Shown here in pieces: positions 1-10,335 of a stretch of DNA of 64,000 nucleotides (its first letter is position 1; the number at the start of each line of letters is the position of its first letter). The notes under the pieces are model-generated. The model did not search any database. It worked only from the letters and a program-made list of their open reading frames with translations, and was not told the origin of the DNA. Position numbers and translations under genes: made by a program. This stretch comes from an uncultured virus (IMG/VR IMGVR_UViG_3300005526_000009). Its lineage: Duplodnaviria; Heunggongvirae; Uroviricota; Caudoviricetes. Location: the IMG/VR virus record IMGVR_UViG_3300005526_000009, one strand, 5' to 3'.

Positions 1-51
1 AGGGAGAAAGCAAGGTATTAATCCCACAGAGTATGTTAGTTTTGTATCAAC

Positions 52-3000
52 ATGTGTGCCACTATTACATCAACACCAACAATAACAACAGTCACCAAGA
101 CCCTGGGGAACAGGGAACAGTTTGATGAAACTAAACTACTAAACGCAATAAAGAAAGCCACCGGCTATAGTAAGGACAGGCTGGTAATAGCCAATGAGGT
201 CTGTAAGTATGTTACCGGAAAGTTGCAGGGTTCAACTGAGATAACAACAGGATATATCAACGCATTGGTGGAGGGCTATCTTCTGTATAAGTCTGTAAGT
301 ATGAAAAATGACAGGACCTATACTGATATTTTGAAGAAGTATGTTGACAACAAGATAAAGAAGCAGGATGAGTTGAGGTTGAAGGTGTCTCATATGAAGG
401 ATGTAATGAATATGCACCATATGCGTGAGTTGCGTAAGTATAGTTCTAATCAGACTTCAATAGCGGCTTCAAGGTATTTGTTGCGGGATATTGAGACTGG
501 TGAGGTGATTGAGAACCTTCATGAGTGGCGGCATCGTGTGGCATCACATGTGTTCATTGGGACTGTCATGTATGATGAAGATATATATGAGAAGGATGGA
601 AACTATATCAGGAAAACCAGATTCATTGATGACATTGATTACAAGCCAAAGAACCTAACTGAGTATCAGGTTGAAATCATACTTAGAAAATACAATGAAC
701 TCATACCACACATGAAAACCAATGTCCATGAAATTTTAAAACTTATTGATAAAAAACTTATTAAAAAATACAACTATCTCTATAAACAGTATTTTGACTT
801 TATGTATGATGGCATCTTTCAGCCAAATACCCCCACTCTTATGAACATGGGGACACCGAGTGGTGCGGGGAGTGCCTGTTTTACCATTGCCATCAATGAC
901 AACATGGAGTCCATAATGAAGGCATCACATGACGCAGCGTTTATCTTCAAGTGTGCCGGTGGCTTTGGCACAAACATTTCATACATCAGGCCGGCTGGTA
1001 GCAATGTTGGCAACACCTATAATGCCGCAACAGGCCCCATCAATCTGGTGCTTGAGCAAATCAACTTTCTAACCGACATTGTGAAGGCTGGTGGAAAAAG
1101 ACGTGGTGCGAACATGGGCATCATGGAGTATTGGCATCCCCAAATCCTGGAGTTCATTGACTACAAGCTGACACCCCATAAGTTGGAGAACTTTAACGTT
1201 TCTGTGATGTTTGATGATGAGTTCTGGAACCGCTATGATGATGACAGCCATATAAGTTTGAACTTTAATGGTAAAAATTATGGTGAAATAGATGCTAGGG
1301 AGCTTATTGACAAGATAGCGGAGAATGCGTGGAAGTCTGCTGAGCCTGGTGTTCTGTTCTCTGATAATGCAAACAGGAAGAATCCGTTGCGGGAGTTGTG
1401 GGGTGACATCAAGATCACCAATCCATGTGTGCTGGGTGGAACAAGGCTGCACACCAACAGGGGGATGCTCACCGTCAATGAACTCTATAAAGACCAGTTG
1501 GATGTTGAGGTTGCCGTTGACCATATCTACAACAAGTCATTCAAGCGGTATTCAAATGAGAATGACACCATTATATTGCAGAAAAAGGCATCAAAAGTTT
1601 TCAAGACATCTGACAATGCTGAGGTGTTGTTGATATCCACAAGTGATGGATATGAGATTGAATGCACCGGCTATCATGAAATGATTTTGAAGAGTGGTGA
1701 AAGAAAGGAAGCGCAGTATCTTGAAGTTGGTGAGGAACTTTATCTGCAATCCAACAAGGGGTTGTTTGGAACCAAGGGTGACAGTGACATTGGTGCGCTG
1801 TTGGGATTTGCCAACAACTACCCATCCCTAATCAATGATGATGACAAGTCCATTTACAATGTTTTCCAGAGATACACAGATCTGAACAAGTATGACAACA
1901 TTTACCATGTCTTGAATAAGAGGGTTGTTCCCAACATCTATGGTGAGCCTGTTAACCTGAACGTTGTCCTGTATAACCTGGGTTTTAGGTGTAATGAGGT
2001 TCCCCAGATCGTATGGGAGGGAATAGAGAAGTGTGTAAGCTCATACCTGAAACTGTTGTTCTCAACAAGCGCAACGTGTTTGACTGAGGGCAGTGTGTTG
2101 AAATACTCAAACTACAGTAGAAGGTTCTTGCAGGACTTGCAGATTCTTCTTATTAATTTTGGTGTCAAGACCACCATAAAAACTGATGTCAATGGCATAT
2201 TCTCACTGTATATATTCGACAAGTCATTCACAAAGTATTTGAGGACTGTTGGCCTGACAACATCATCCAAGGTCAGGAACATTGACTCTCCCCATATGAG
2301 CAACAGTGAAATCAAATACAGCACCAAGGTGACATCAATATATAAGATGCCAGGCAGGTATCCCGTCTATGACATCACAGAGTATGACACACATAAGATA
2401 ATATTCAATGGTATTGTAACTGGTAACTGTTCGGAACAATACATGTATGATGGTGAGTCATGCACGTTGGGTAGTATTAATCTTGCAAAGTTCACGGATG
2501 GTGCGGAGTTTGACTGGAGTGGATACAGGCAGGCCATTCGCATCTCAACACAGTTTTTGAATGATGTGTTGGAGGTAAACCAGTATCCCACTGAAGACAT
2601 AAAGGAGAATTCCAATATCACCAAGCGCATTGGATTGGGTATAATGGGATTGGCTGACCTGCTGTTCAGGTTAAGGATTCCATATAACTCACAGGAGGGC
2701 TATGATTTGATGTGTATTTTGGGAAGAGAGTTGTATGGGGAATCGGTCAAAAAGAGTATTGATCTTGCTGAGCAGCGTGGTCCATGCGGCGCATATAAGA
2801 TGTTGATACGACATGGCAATAAGCCAGGGGATGTGGTGGATAGGGTATATCCAACTCCTAGTTTTAATGCTGATGTTGTCGATAGACTTGAAAAGAATGG
2901 TGTGAGGAACATGTGGACCACAACCATCGCACCCACCGGAACCATATCGATGATAGCTGACTGTTCTAACGGACTGGAACCGATATTTGCACTGGTGTTC

Positions 3001-3666
3001 AAGAAGACGGTTGGTGCGGGGGATTTCTACTACCTGAATGAACCGTTCAGGCAGGCGTTGATAGAGGAGGGACTGTATTCTGATGAGTTGATAAGGAAGA
3101 TAGAGAAGAACTATGGCTCCGTTCAGGGCATGGAAGAGATACCAGAGTGGATGAGGGAAGTGTTTGTGACGGCATATGACCTACACTGGACTGATCATGT
3201 TGTTGCGCAGGCTGTGTGGCAACAATGGATTGACAACTCCATATCAAAGACCGTTAATTTCCCAAAGAACGTTACTCCCAGGGATGTAAGGTTCTGCTAT
3301 GTTCTGTCCCATGAGCTTGGGTTGAAGGGTGTGTCGGTCTATGTTGATGGCTCCAGGCACTCACAGATACTGCACACTGACACGTCGGTAAAGTCGGAAG
3401 AGGGTAAGATAGGTGTAAAGTCAACGTTGAGCAATGTTGTGGAGAGGGTGTCCAAGCCAAGTGCCGCAACAATCGACTATATTAACAAGAATGTGAAGAA
3501 CAGGGACATATTGGATGAGTTCAATAAATACCTAAAAGGCTCTGATGCGGTGTTTGAGAAGATAACAGAGATATGTGAAAAATGCAATATTGGCTCAATG
3601 GTCAACCAGGCAGGCTGCATATCCTGCCAGAGTTGTGGATACTCAAAGAGCTGTGCCGTTGGTTGA
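52..3666 (+). CDS. nrdJ: Class II (B12-dependent) ribonucleoside-diphosphate reductase with N-terminal ATP-cone, intein and C-terminal Zn-ribbon
   Basis: Motifs PNTPTLMN, SACF, GGFG, GGKRRGANM, NP|C-SEQ (split by the intein), CTLGSINL, IGLGIMGLAD, TTIAPTGTIS, DNSISKT; C-terminal CEKC...CQSCGYSKSC. Confidence 0.93.
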   Translation: MCATITSTPTITTVTKTLGNREQFDETKLLNAIKKATGYSKDRLVIANEVCKYVTGKLQGSTEITTGYINALVEGYLLYKSVSMKNDRTYTDILKKYVDNKIKKQDELRLKVSHMKDVMNMHHMRELRKYSSNQTSIAASRYLLRDIETGEVIENLHEWRHRVASHVFIGTVMYDEDIYEKDGNYIRKTRFIDDIDYKPKNLTEYQVEIILRKYNELIPHMKTNVHEILKLIDKKLIKKYNYLYKQYFDFMYDGIFQPNTPTLMNMGTPSGAGSACFTIAINDNMESIMKASHDAAFIFKCAGGFGTNISYIRPAGSNVGNTYNAATGPINLVLEQINFLTDIVKAGGKRRGANMGIMEYWHPQILEFIDYKLTPHKLENFNVSVMFDDEFWNRYDDDSHISLNFNGKNYGEIDARELIDKIAENAWKSAEPGVLFSDNANRKNPLRELWGDIKITNPCVLGGTRLHTNRGMLTVNELYKDQLDVEVAVDHIYNKSFKRYSNENDTIILQKKASKVFKTSDNAEVLLISTSDGYEIECTGYHEMILKSGERKEAQYLEVGEELYLQSNKGLFGTKGDSDIGALLGFANNYPSLINDDDKSIYNVFQRYTDLNKYDNIYHVLNKRVVPNIYGEPVNLNVVLYNLGFRCNEVPQIVWEGIEKCVSSYLKLLFSTSATCLTEGSVLKYSNYSRRFLQDLQILLINFGVKTTIKTDVNGIFSLYIFDKSFTKYLRTVGLTTSSKVRNIDSPHMSNSEIKYSTKVTSIYKMPGRYPVYDITEYDTHKIIFNGIVTGNCSEQYMYDGESCTLGSINLAKFTDGAEFDWSGYRQAIRISTQFLNDVLEVNQYPTEDIKENSNITKRIGLGIMGLADLLFRLRIPYNSQEGYDLMCILGRELYGESVKKSIDLAEQRGPCGAYKMLIRHGNKPGDVVDRVYPTPSFNADVVDRLEKNGVRNMWTTTIAPTGTISMIADCSNGLEPIFALVFKKTVGAGDFYYLNEPFRQALIEEGLYSDELIRKIEKNYGSVQGMEEIPEWMREVFVTAYDLHWTDHVVAQAVWQQWIDNSISKTVNFPKNVTPRDVRFCYVLSHELGLKGVSVYVDGSRHSQILHTDTSVKSEEGKIGVKSTLSNVVERVSKPSAATIDYINKNVKNRDILDEFNKYLKGSDAVFEKITEICEKCNIGSMVNQAGCISCQSCGYSKSCAVG
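1426..2427 (+). mobile_element. Intein (334 aa) with degenerate LAGLIDADG domain
   Basis: Starts CVLGGT after ITNP, block B IECTGYHEM, ends VYDITEYDTHKIIFNGIVTGN followed by extein CSEQ; removal restores TNPCSEQ. Confidence 0.9.
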
Positions 3667-3873
3667 TGATGACAATTCCTTAAACCTGTTCTGCAAGTCC
3701 TTTAACTGTTTTTTTGTTGAGGATAGTTCTGCTGAGTTTCTATAGTTGAAATCCTCCAGATACTCTATCCTGTTTTTATATAGGTCAAGGACAGCCTTTA
3801 TTTCATCTAGTTCGGGGTCTTTCATTGCGGGTCTCGGTTTGAATAAATCAAATATAAAGTCAAGTAATCCCAC
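3643..3873 (-). CDS. Hypothetical coiled-coil protein
   Basis: ORF directly follows 3876..4499 on the same strand; heptad pattern. Confidence 0.6.
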   Translation of the reverse strand: MGLLDFIFDLFKPRPAMKDPELDEIKAVLDLYKNRIEYLEDFNYRNSAELSSTKKQLKDLQNRFKELSSSTNGTAL

Positions 3874-3875
3874 TG

Positions 3876-4499
3876 TTATTTCATCATCACTCGGATGCCC
3901 TCAAACACAGGATCATCTGTGGCCACTGTTGATTTCACCTGTATGAGATATAGTTTCTGTGTTTCCAGTAATGCTGCCGGTATTGCAACTATGGACCCCA
4001 CATTTACACCTGTGACCAATGGTGTTACTGTTGCGAGAATATTGGATGGTGTCTGCTTGTCTATGATTTGCAGTGACTGTGTTCCCGTGTCCGAGCCACC
4101 TTTTGTCCAGTGGACAATGACACGCACAACCTCATAAACATCAGTGTCCGCACCAAACGACATTCCATCACTTCTGGCATACAGATTCTTGTATGTGGTT
4201 CCGATATTAGTTAGGATAACAGGAGTGTCGGTGTTGTAGATGAGTGACCCACCATTGAAATTGGTGTATTTTGCCAATGCGTCATTGTATAGGCCCAGTT
4301 TGGACAAAAGTATTTTCTTAAATGCCGTTGACTGTGACGGCGTGTGGTCAAATGTAATAACAGTATACATTGTTGGGAAACCTGCATTGAATGTGGTTAT
4401 CCCCATAAAATTCGGTAATGCTGATATGTCATCCTGGACTGCCTGTGACAACCCACCGTTAATCTGATATGGAGTTTCTACCATAGGTATACAATACAT
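3876..4499 (-). CDS. Putative virion protein (start may be a few codons downstream)
   Basis: Thr/Gly-rich beta-type ORF at the end of the tail-fibre cluster. Confidence 0.55.
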   Translation of the reverse strand: MYCIPMVETPYQINGGLSQAVQDDISALPNFMGITTFNAGFPTMYTVITFDHTPSQSTAFKKILLSKLGLYNDALAKYTNFNGGSLIYNTDTPVILTNIGTTYKNLYARSDGMSFGADTDVYEVVRVIVHWTKGGSDTGTQSLQIIDKQTPSNILATVTPLVTGVNVGSIVAIPAALLETQKLYLIQVKSTVATDDPVFEGIRVMMK

Positions 4500-4528
4500 T
4501 ATTTAGTATATTAGGTGTTCCTTTCCTG

Positions 4529-5434
4529 TTAGGTATTCTCCCCATCCGCACTATAGAATGTGAGTGTCCTTGAGGAACCGGTTGCCGTTCCCACTGCTAT
4601 GACCAGTCCCAATACAGTGGTGTCTGTGGGGTAGAAGCCTCCTGCCTGGGTGAACGACTGCACTGTTACTCCACCATCATGTGTGAAGTTGAATGTGTCC
4701 GCAACAGGATCAACCCACATCTCATATGTTACTATGCTTGTCATTGCTGTGTCGGTTGGTGCGGGACTTAGGGCCTGTGCGCCAAAGTTGGATTGCCCGT
4801 CATTGTTGAATATGCTGAGAACGGTGTCTGTTGAGCGTTTTCCTATCCCCACACCCTGTGTGTTGGTTGCCATGAATGTGTCTGTGGTGGGGAACGATGA
4901 TGTCACGGATGACCAACCAATGAAGAAGCGTATGTTGGATGTTGTTGACAGCTTAAACTGTATCCTGAAACGGGGACCATCATTCCAGCATGTAGAACCT
5001 GTCCATTGAAGTTTGGATTGGTTGCCGGATACAGAGCCGGTGAGTAGTGGATATGGATATGATGGGTTTGACGGTGTGTATGCGGGTGGTGTGCCACCAA
5101 TTGTTCCCGCTGTGGAACCTACACCGGCAAGTGTTCCCCAGTTGTTCAGTTGTCCTGATGCTGAATTGTGCATTAATCCAAACTTTTTGTTGCCAACATT
5201 GTTTCCACCATACATGGTTCCATATGGTGGTGGATTGTCACGGATGTTCAGGGTCTTGTTGGTCAGTGTTTCCGTCTTGCTGGCCCCAATCACCAGTGAC
5301 CATGATCCAGACGATGACTTGTAGAAGGAGCCTGTGTCTGTCTCAAAGAACAGTGTGTTGTTGGCATATGTTGAGGGTTTGGTGTCGCTTGACAGGCCAT
5401 ATAACAAACCACTGTTTATTATCTGTATTGCCAT
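4529..5434 (-). CDS. Tail fibre / receptor-binding protein paralog
   Basis: N-terminal GLSSDTKP...LFFETDTG...W module nearly identical to the next gene; TETLTNKT fibre motif; beta-sandwich-like C-terminus. Confidence 0.7.
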   Translation of the reverse strand: MAIQIINSGLLYGLSSDTKPSTYANNTLFFETDTGSFYKSSSGSWSLVIGASKTETLTNKTLNIRDNPPPYGTMYGGNNVGNKKFGLMHNSASGQLNNWGTLAGVGSTAGTIGGTPPAYTPSNPSYPYPLLTGSVSGNQSKLQWTGSTCWNDGPRFRIQFKLSTTSNIRFFIGWSSVTSSFPTTDTFMATNTQGVGIGKRSTDTVLSIFNNDGQSNFGAQALSPAPTDTAMTSIVTYEMWVDPVADTFNFTHDGGVTVQSFTQAGGFYPTDTTVLGLVIAVGTATGSSRTLTFYSADGENT

Positions 5435-5437
5435 ATC

Positions 5438-6310
5438 CTACATGTTCTCCGAAGTGAGACTGTAGAACTTCCAGTTTCTTGCGGTTGTTGATGACGCAAT
5501 TACACCACAGAAGAACGCAAGTTGGTCTGATGATGATGGCAAATCCGCTGATATGGTGGTGCTGTTTGTTCCGTTGTATATCACCTGTGCGGAGCTTGCC
5601 GAGCATATTATCTCCAGGTTGAACTTTGTTGTTGCGTTGGTTTTCGCAACAGGTGTTGACATCGCATCCGCCACAGCCGACCCTGATCCATCATGGTGGA
5701 ATATGGTAAAGTCCGTGTCTGTTGTCCTGTATCCGAAAGCGATGCCCTTGTCTGTTGCACCAAATGGTGTGTTTGTTTTTGGGAATGTTGACAATGTGGA
5801 CCAGCCACAGTAAAGCCTTCCTGTGGCTGTGGAGTCAACCTTCATTGATATGTTGATTCTTGGGTTGTCTGCCCATTGTGTGGTTATAGCACTCTGGAAC
5901 CCCGCAAAGGAACCATCACCTGCGGTGGATGTTGCGTAGTTTGCCCCAAGCTGTCCATCAGTCGTGTTGTATGCTATAAGGGTGTATGTTCCTGTTATGG
6001 TGATTGATGCCTGTATACCAAGCAGGTGCAGTCCGCCATTGGCAGGATAGCCCACACCAGTTCTCTTGTTGTTGAAGTTTAGGAAAGACTGCTGCACACC
6101 CTGCAAGTAGTTTGTTGCCCCACTGACCGTCTTGTTGGTCAGTGTTTCTGTTTTTGATGGACCTACTATCATTGACCACGAGCCTGATGATGACTTGTAT
6201 ATTGAGCCTGTGTCCTGCTCGAAGAACAGTGTTCCATTTGCGTATGTTGAGGGTTTGGTGTCACCAGAGACACCATATAATACGCCGCTACCTACTATCT
6301 GAACCGTCAA
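5438..6310 (-). CDS. Tail fibre / receptor-binding protein paralog (probable TTG start at 6310)
   Basis: GVSGDTKP...LFFEQDTG...TETLTNKT; start inferred by alignment with 4529..5434. Confidence 0.7.
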   Translation of the reverse strand: MTVQIVGSGVLYGVSGDTKPSTYANGTLFFEQDTGSIYKSSSGSWSMIVGPSKTETLTNKTVSGATNYLQGVQQSFLNFNNKRTGVGYPANGGLHLLGIQASITITGTYTLIAYNTTDGQLGANYATSTAGDGSFAGFQSAITTQWADNPRINISMKVDSTATGRLYCGWSTLSTFPKTNTPFGATDKGIAFGYRTTDTDFTIFHHDGSGSAVADAMSTPVAKTNATTKFNLEIICSASSAQVIYNGTNSTTISADLPSSSDQLAFFCGVIASSTTARNWKFYSLTSENM

Positions 6311-6312
6311 GG

Positions 6313-7479
6313 TTATGCGGCCACTCTCCATTGGAATTTGAGATTGTTGGTCCCTGATGGTGGCGCAATCTGGTATGCGACAATGATGTTTGTTGAGTCA
6401 TATGTGTATGTCAAGCCCCATGCGGCTGATGTTGATGCAATGCATGAGACAACAGATGGTGTGGAACCCAGGCCGTGGGCAATGTTGAATGTGGTTGTGG
6501 TTGCGTCACCTGACTGTGTGCTTACACCGGCAAGTTCGGCAACACCAAGGCCCTCCAACATTGTTACTGTTCCACCAGAGTTCTTTCTTGACAGCCTGTG
6601 GGATGTGGAGTCTATGTATAAAGCCTGATATCCTGCCGATGGTGACGATGGTGCGGCGATTTCCTTGGGACTGATTTGCAGGTCAAAGGATTTCGCACCG
6701 GTAAACGTCTGTGTTCCGGCAAGGGTAGCGTCACCGGCTGCGCTCAAGTCAACAATTGTTCCGCCATTGTTTCTCACCTTGAGATGGGTGTCTGCCGTGT
6801 CAACATATAACCTAAGAATGTTGGCAGATGGGTTTGCCGGTGCTGTCATCTTTGTTATGTCTACAAAGTGCGCACCAAGTGCATTGTCAATATCGCCATA
6901 TAGGATATTAGCATTGAGGTGGGTCTTGTCCGTGATGGTGATTTTGGTTGAGGTGTGGCTTGAAACATCCGAGTCACCGATGTTTAACGCAGCCAGTTTG
7001 GATTTGGCAATTCCTGCTGATGATGCGATGTTGTTGTCGTCTATCAGTGAGTTGACAAATGCAGTGTTGCCGGAGTTTCTGAATATTACCTGATAGGCCG
7101 CTGCCGAAGTTATGACAACATCGGTGAGTGAGTCAAGGTCAGTTGCCCCACCACTTCCCGCAGTAAGATCCGTTACTGTTCCTGAGCTGTTTTTGTGTTT
7201 TAAGTGGGTATCAGTTGTATCCACATACAGACGCAGTGTGTTTACAGCCGGACTGGCTGGTGCGGTCATCCTTATTATGTCATAATAGTTCGCACCAAAC
7301 GTGTTGGCCTGATCATTTAGTATAAGGGTTGTTCCCAGAACCCAGGACGTTCCGTTGAATGTGTAGTGTTTTCCAGTGTCTACCTCAAAGAGTCCAGAGT
7401 CGGTTGTTACCCCTGTTGTTATCTTTGTGTCTGCTGCCTTACATGTGTAAAAACCGTTACCTAAATAAACCCATGTCAT
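6313..7479 (-). CDS. Tail fibre protein with internal repeats
   Basis: Three APxxP...LY(V/I)D...HL repeats, LDSLTDV motif, C-terminal FNIAHGLGSTP module. Confidence 0.75.
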   Translation of the reverse strand: MTWVYLGNGFYTCKAADTKITTGVTTDSGLFEVDTGKHYTFNGTSWVLGTTLILNDQANTFGANYYDIIRMTAPASPAVNTLRLYVDTTDTHLKHKNSSGTVTDLTAGSGGATDLDSLTDVVITSAAAYQVIFRNSGNTAFVNSLIDDNNIASSAGIAKSKLAALNIGDSDVSSHTSTKITITDKTHLNANILYGDIDNALGAHFVDITKMTAPANPSANILRLYVDTADTHLKVRNNGGTIVDLSAAGDATLAGTQTFTGAKSFDLQISPKEIAAPSSPSAGYQALYIDSTSHRLSRKNSGGTVTMLEGLGVAELAGVSTQSGDATTTTFNIAHGLGSTPSVVSCIASTSAAWGLTYTYDSTNIIVAYQIAPPSGTNNLKFQWRVAA

Positions 7480-7532
7480 TTTTTATGTATCAAGGGTATA
7501 TGCGTTGAACACCGTTATAAACAACATAGTTA

Positions 7533-10304
7533 TTATGACATTGTTACCTGTTCCCTGTATAGGGCTAATCCCTTTGCCGAGTTGCCAACTGCCTCTATGT
7601 GGACAAATGCGTAAAGGGGCATTGTTGATGATGGCAACTCTGTTGTGTAGGTAACAGGTGTTCCGTCAACGGTCACTATGCAGTTTGTTGGGTTGAGGTT
7701 TATCTCACATGTGTGGGCTGTTGTGTTTATCGATGCTGCGGATGTTGCGGTCTTTGTCTGGGATGTTCCACCGTCATTTCTTGATATCTGGTAAACAGTT
7801 TCAGGTAAGTCGATACTGCATGTTATTAACACACCATGCGCACCGTCCAGTGGGGTATCATGGCTTCCACCTGTTGGTAGTGTTGCCTGTGATGAGAACC
7901 CCATCATTATGACGGCATTGCCTGTCTGCTTCAATGCCCATTTTGCCCTGAATACAATGCTTGACTGCCTGCTGAATATGGCTGTTGTCTTTATCTCACC
8001 AATGGAGTCGTCTGTTGCCGGAGTTGTTATTACTGTTGCGGCTTCTGTTGCGTTCACTATCTCATATGTGATTGTTCCCGTGTTTGACAGGTGGAAAACA
8101 CCCCTGCCTGCCGAGATTCCACCCCATATTCCACCCCATCTTCCCGATGATGGTTGTGGTGTTCCGTCTGGCAGTAATGCACCACCTGATGCGGATGGTG
8201 CGTAATAACCCGCAACACCGGACTGGACACCCCAGAACGTTCCGTCACCACCGATACCCTGCCTGTCATATTTGGTCCCATTGGACACGAGTATGTCACC
8301 GGCAGCGGCTGATGCTGACGTGATTGTGTTGTTTGCGGTGCTTATGAGCTTGGCTGACAATGTGTCTGTGGTGTCCCTTCCAACCAATGTTGTTGTGGCT
8401 GTGGGTAGTGTTATTGTTCCCGTGTTTATTATTGTTCCTATTGTTGGACTGGTAAGGGTCTTGTTGAGTAGTGTGTCAACGGATGTCCTGCTCACAAGGT
8501 TGTCGTTGGCCGATATCAGGGGGAGTGTGAGGTTGTAGTCAGATGTTGTTATTGCCGCACCAAGTATTGAATACTTGAACGTGCCAGCAGGGTTGAATAT
8601 GCGTATTCTGGCGGATGGGAAAATCTGGTCAAACGCACCGAATGTGTTTGTCTGGTCAGTCTTGACTATGACAGTGGGAACAGATGTCAGCTTGGAGTAG
8701 GCCATGTCGTTTATCTGTGCGTTTGAGACCGTTCCACCGATACTGCCCAGGGATAGGTTGGCCTGGACAACATCAAATGTCAGGTCATTGGTGTTCTGGG
8801 TTATGGTTATCCTGCTGGAAGCGGCTATAAAGGAACGGAATGGAAGGTCAACACTGGATTTGGTCTTTACTATAGTGACACCCGTGCCAACCGTAGAATA
8901 TGTGTTTGCTTCGCCGGTTGATGATCCTGTCCCTGAATCCATGACAAGCCATGCGTATTTGAGGTTGTTTGTGCCGTTTGGGGGTGCGTTCTGGTAGGTC
9001 AGGGTGATGTTTGTTGCGTCAACCGTCTTTGTCATGAAACCAAACGCATCTGGGGTTATGGGGTCAACAATCCATGCACTTGGTGTTGATCCAAATCCAT
9101 GGGCTATTGTGAATATTTTTGTGGTGGCATCACCTGTCTTTGTGGCAACACCCCTGACAAGCGAGCCTGCGCCTGTGGGAAAGTCTGGAACGGCCCATGC
9201 GCCTGTTCCGTTGATAAAGTATTGCGCAAGGCCGTTTAAAGCCGGAAATGTTCCGTTTGTTCCTGTTGTGGAGTTGGTTGCGGTGTTGTTTGTGGTGGAT
9301 GGTGCGAGTTCGTTTACCTTGATGACATCACTGCCGCCTGACTTGTGCGCCGTGGCGTGGGTTGTTGAAGCAAGCGCAAACAGGTCAACAGTTGTTCCGG
9401 CACTGTTCTTTATTTTTAGGTGTGTGTCGGCTGTGTCCACATAAACCCTAATGTCGTTTGCTGATGGCGCAGTTGGTGCGGTCATTTTGGTGATGTCGAA
9501 ATAATGCGCACCAAGTGCGTTATTGATGTCATTATAGAGGATTGCGGTGTTAAGTTGTGCCTTATTGGTTATTGTTATCTTTGTTGAAGTGTGTGTCCCA
9601 ATCTGTGCATCCAGTATCGAGTTGTTGGATATTGTTACCGTAAAAACTGCATTGGATATGTTGTGGCCGTTCATGTCAAGGTCAACATATGAGTTTACCT
9701 TGTTTGGCAAAATGTCCAGAAGTTTGGTGTTTGAGCCTAAAGCGTTGGAATAAAACTCATACCTGTGGATCTTGGATGCGTTGCCGAATGTTACTGAAAC
9801 AGATGTCGCACCGGTGATTCCAGCATATGACGGCAACACATTGAATGATGTGTTTGCCCCAATCCCAGATGTGGTAAGCCAGTTGGCATTGGATGAGTCA
9901 ATATCCCTGACGCCAAGTGTGCCTACCTTTATTATGTTGTTGCCCGATGCGTCTAACTGCGCACCAAGACTTGTGTTGGAACCCAATATCTTGTTCTGTA
10001 GGGTTGCACCCTCAATATCTGTCGTCATATAGTCCTCAGAGCCTGATGTCATTCCCCTTATCTTGATTTTCTTGTTGCCAACCATGTTGTCAGGGTCAAA
10101 GCTTACTGTGTTACTTGAATCAGCATCAAAAATCTGAAGTTTGCCTTTCTTGAACCTTGTGGTGGTTCCAATCACCGGTTCCTTACTTGCGTCTACTAAT
10201 GATAAATCTTCACCGTTTAATAATCTGGAAATGTAGTTACCCCATTTACCACCAAAGAGGTCTCCTGTGCTATCCAGTGGATTTGAAACAATATCCCAAG
10301 GCAT
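7533..10304 (-). CDS. Long tail fibre protein
   Basis: Thr/Ser/Gly-rich; HATAHKSGGSD, FTIAHGFGSTP, DTLLNKTLTSP and GDILV motifs; modules shared with 6313..7479. Confidence 0.75.
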   Translation of the reverse strand: MPWDIVSNPLDSTGDLFGGKWGNYISRLLNGEDLSLVDASKEPVIGTTTRFKKGKLQIFDADSSNTVSFDPDNMVGNKKIKIRGMTSGSEDYMTTDIEGATLQNKILGSNTSLGAQLDASGNNIIKVGTLGVRDIDSSNANWLTTSGIGANTSFNVLPSYAGITGATSVSVTFGNASKIHRYEFYSNALGSNTKLLDILPNKVNSYVDLDMNGHNISNAVFTVTISNNSILDAQIGTHTSTKITITNKAQLNTAILYNDINNALGAHYFDITKMTAPTAPSANDIRVYVDTADTHLKIKNSAGTTVDLFALASTTHATAHKSGGSDVIKVNELAPSTTNNTATNSTTGTNGTFPALNGLAQYFINGTGAWAVPDFPTGAGSLVRGVATKTGDATTKIFTIAHGFGSTPSAWIVDPITPDAFGFMTKTVDATNITLTYQNAPPNGTNNLKYAWLVMDSGTGSSTGEANTYSTVGTGVTIVKTKSSVDLPFRSFIAASSRITITQNTNDLTFDVVQANLSLGSIGGTVSNAQINDMAYSKLTSVPTVIVKTDQTNTFGAFDQIFPSARIRIFNPAGTFKYSILGAAITTSDYNLTLPLISANDNLVSRTSVDTLLNKTLTSPTIGTIINTGTITLPTATTTLVGRDTTDTLSAKLISTANNTITSASAAAGDILVSNGTKYDRQGIGGDGTFWGVQSGVAGYYAPSASGGALLPDGTPQPSSGRWGGIWGGISAGRGVFHLSNTGTITYEIVNATEAATVITTPATDDSIGEIKTTAIFSRQSSIVFRAKWALKQTGNAVIMMGFSSQATLPTGGSHDTPLDGAHGVLITCSIDLPETVYQISRNDGGTSQTKTATSAASINTTAHTCEINLNPTNCIVTVDGTPVTYTTELPSSTMPLYAFVHIEAVGNSAKGLALYREQVTMS

Positions 10305-10335
10305 TTACTATTAAATACTAACACAAGCTAATTAA

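Noticed and set aside
4529..10304. Diversity-generating retroelement acting on the fibre genes
   Set aside because: No reverse transcriptase in the window and no template/variable repeat pair differing only at adenines; shared parts are N-terminal modules.
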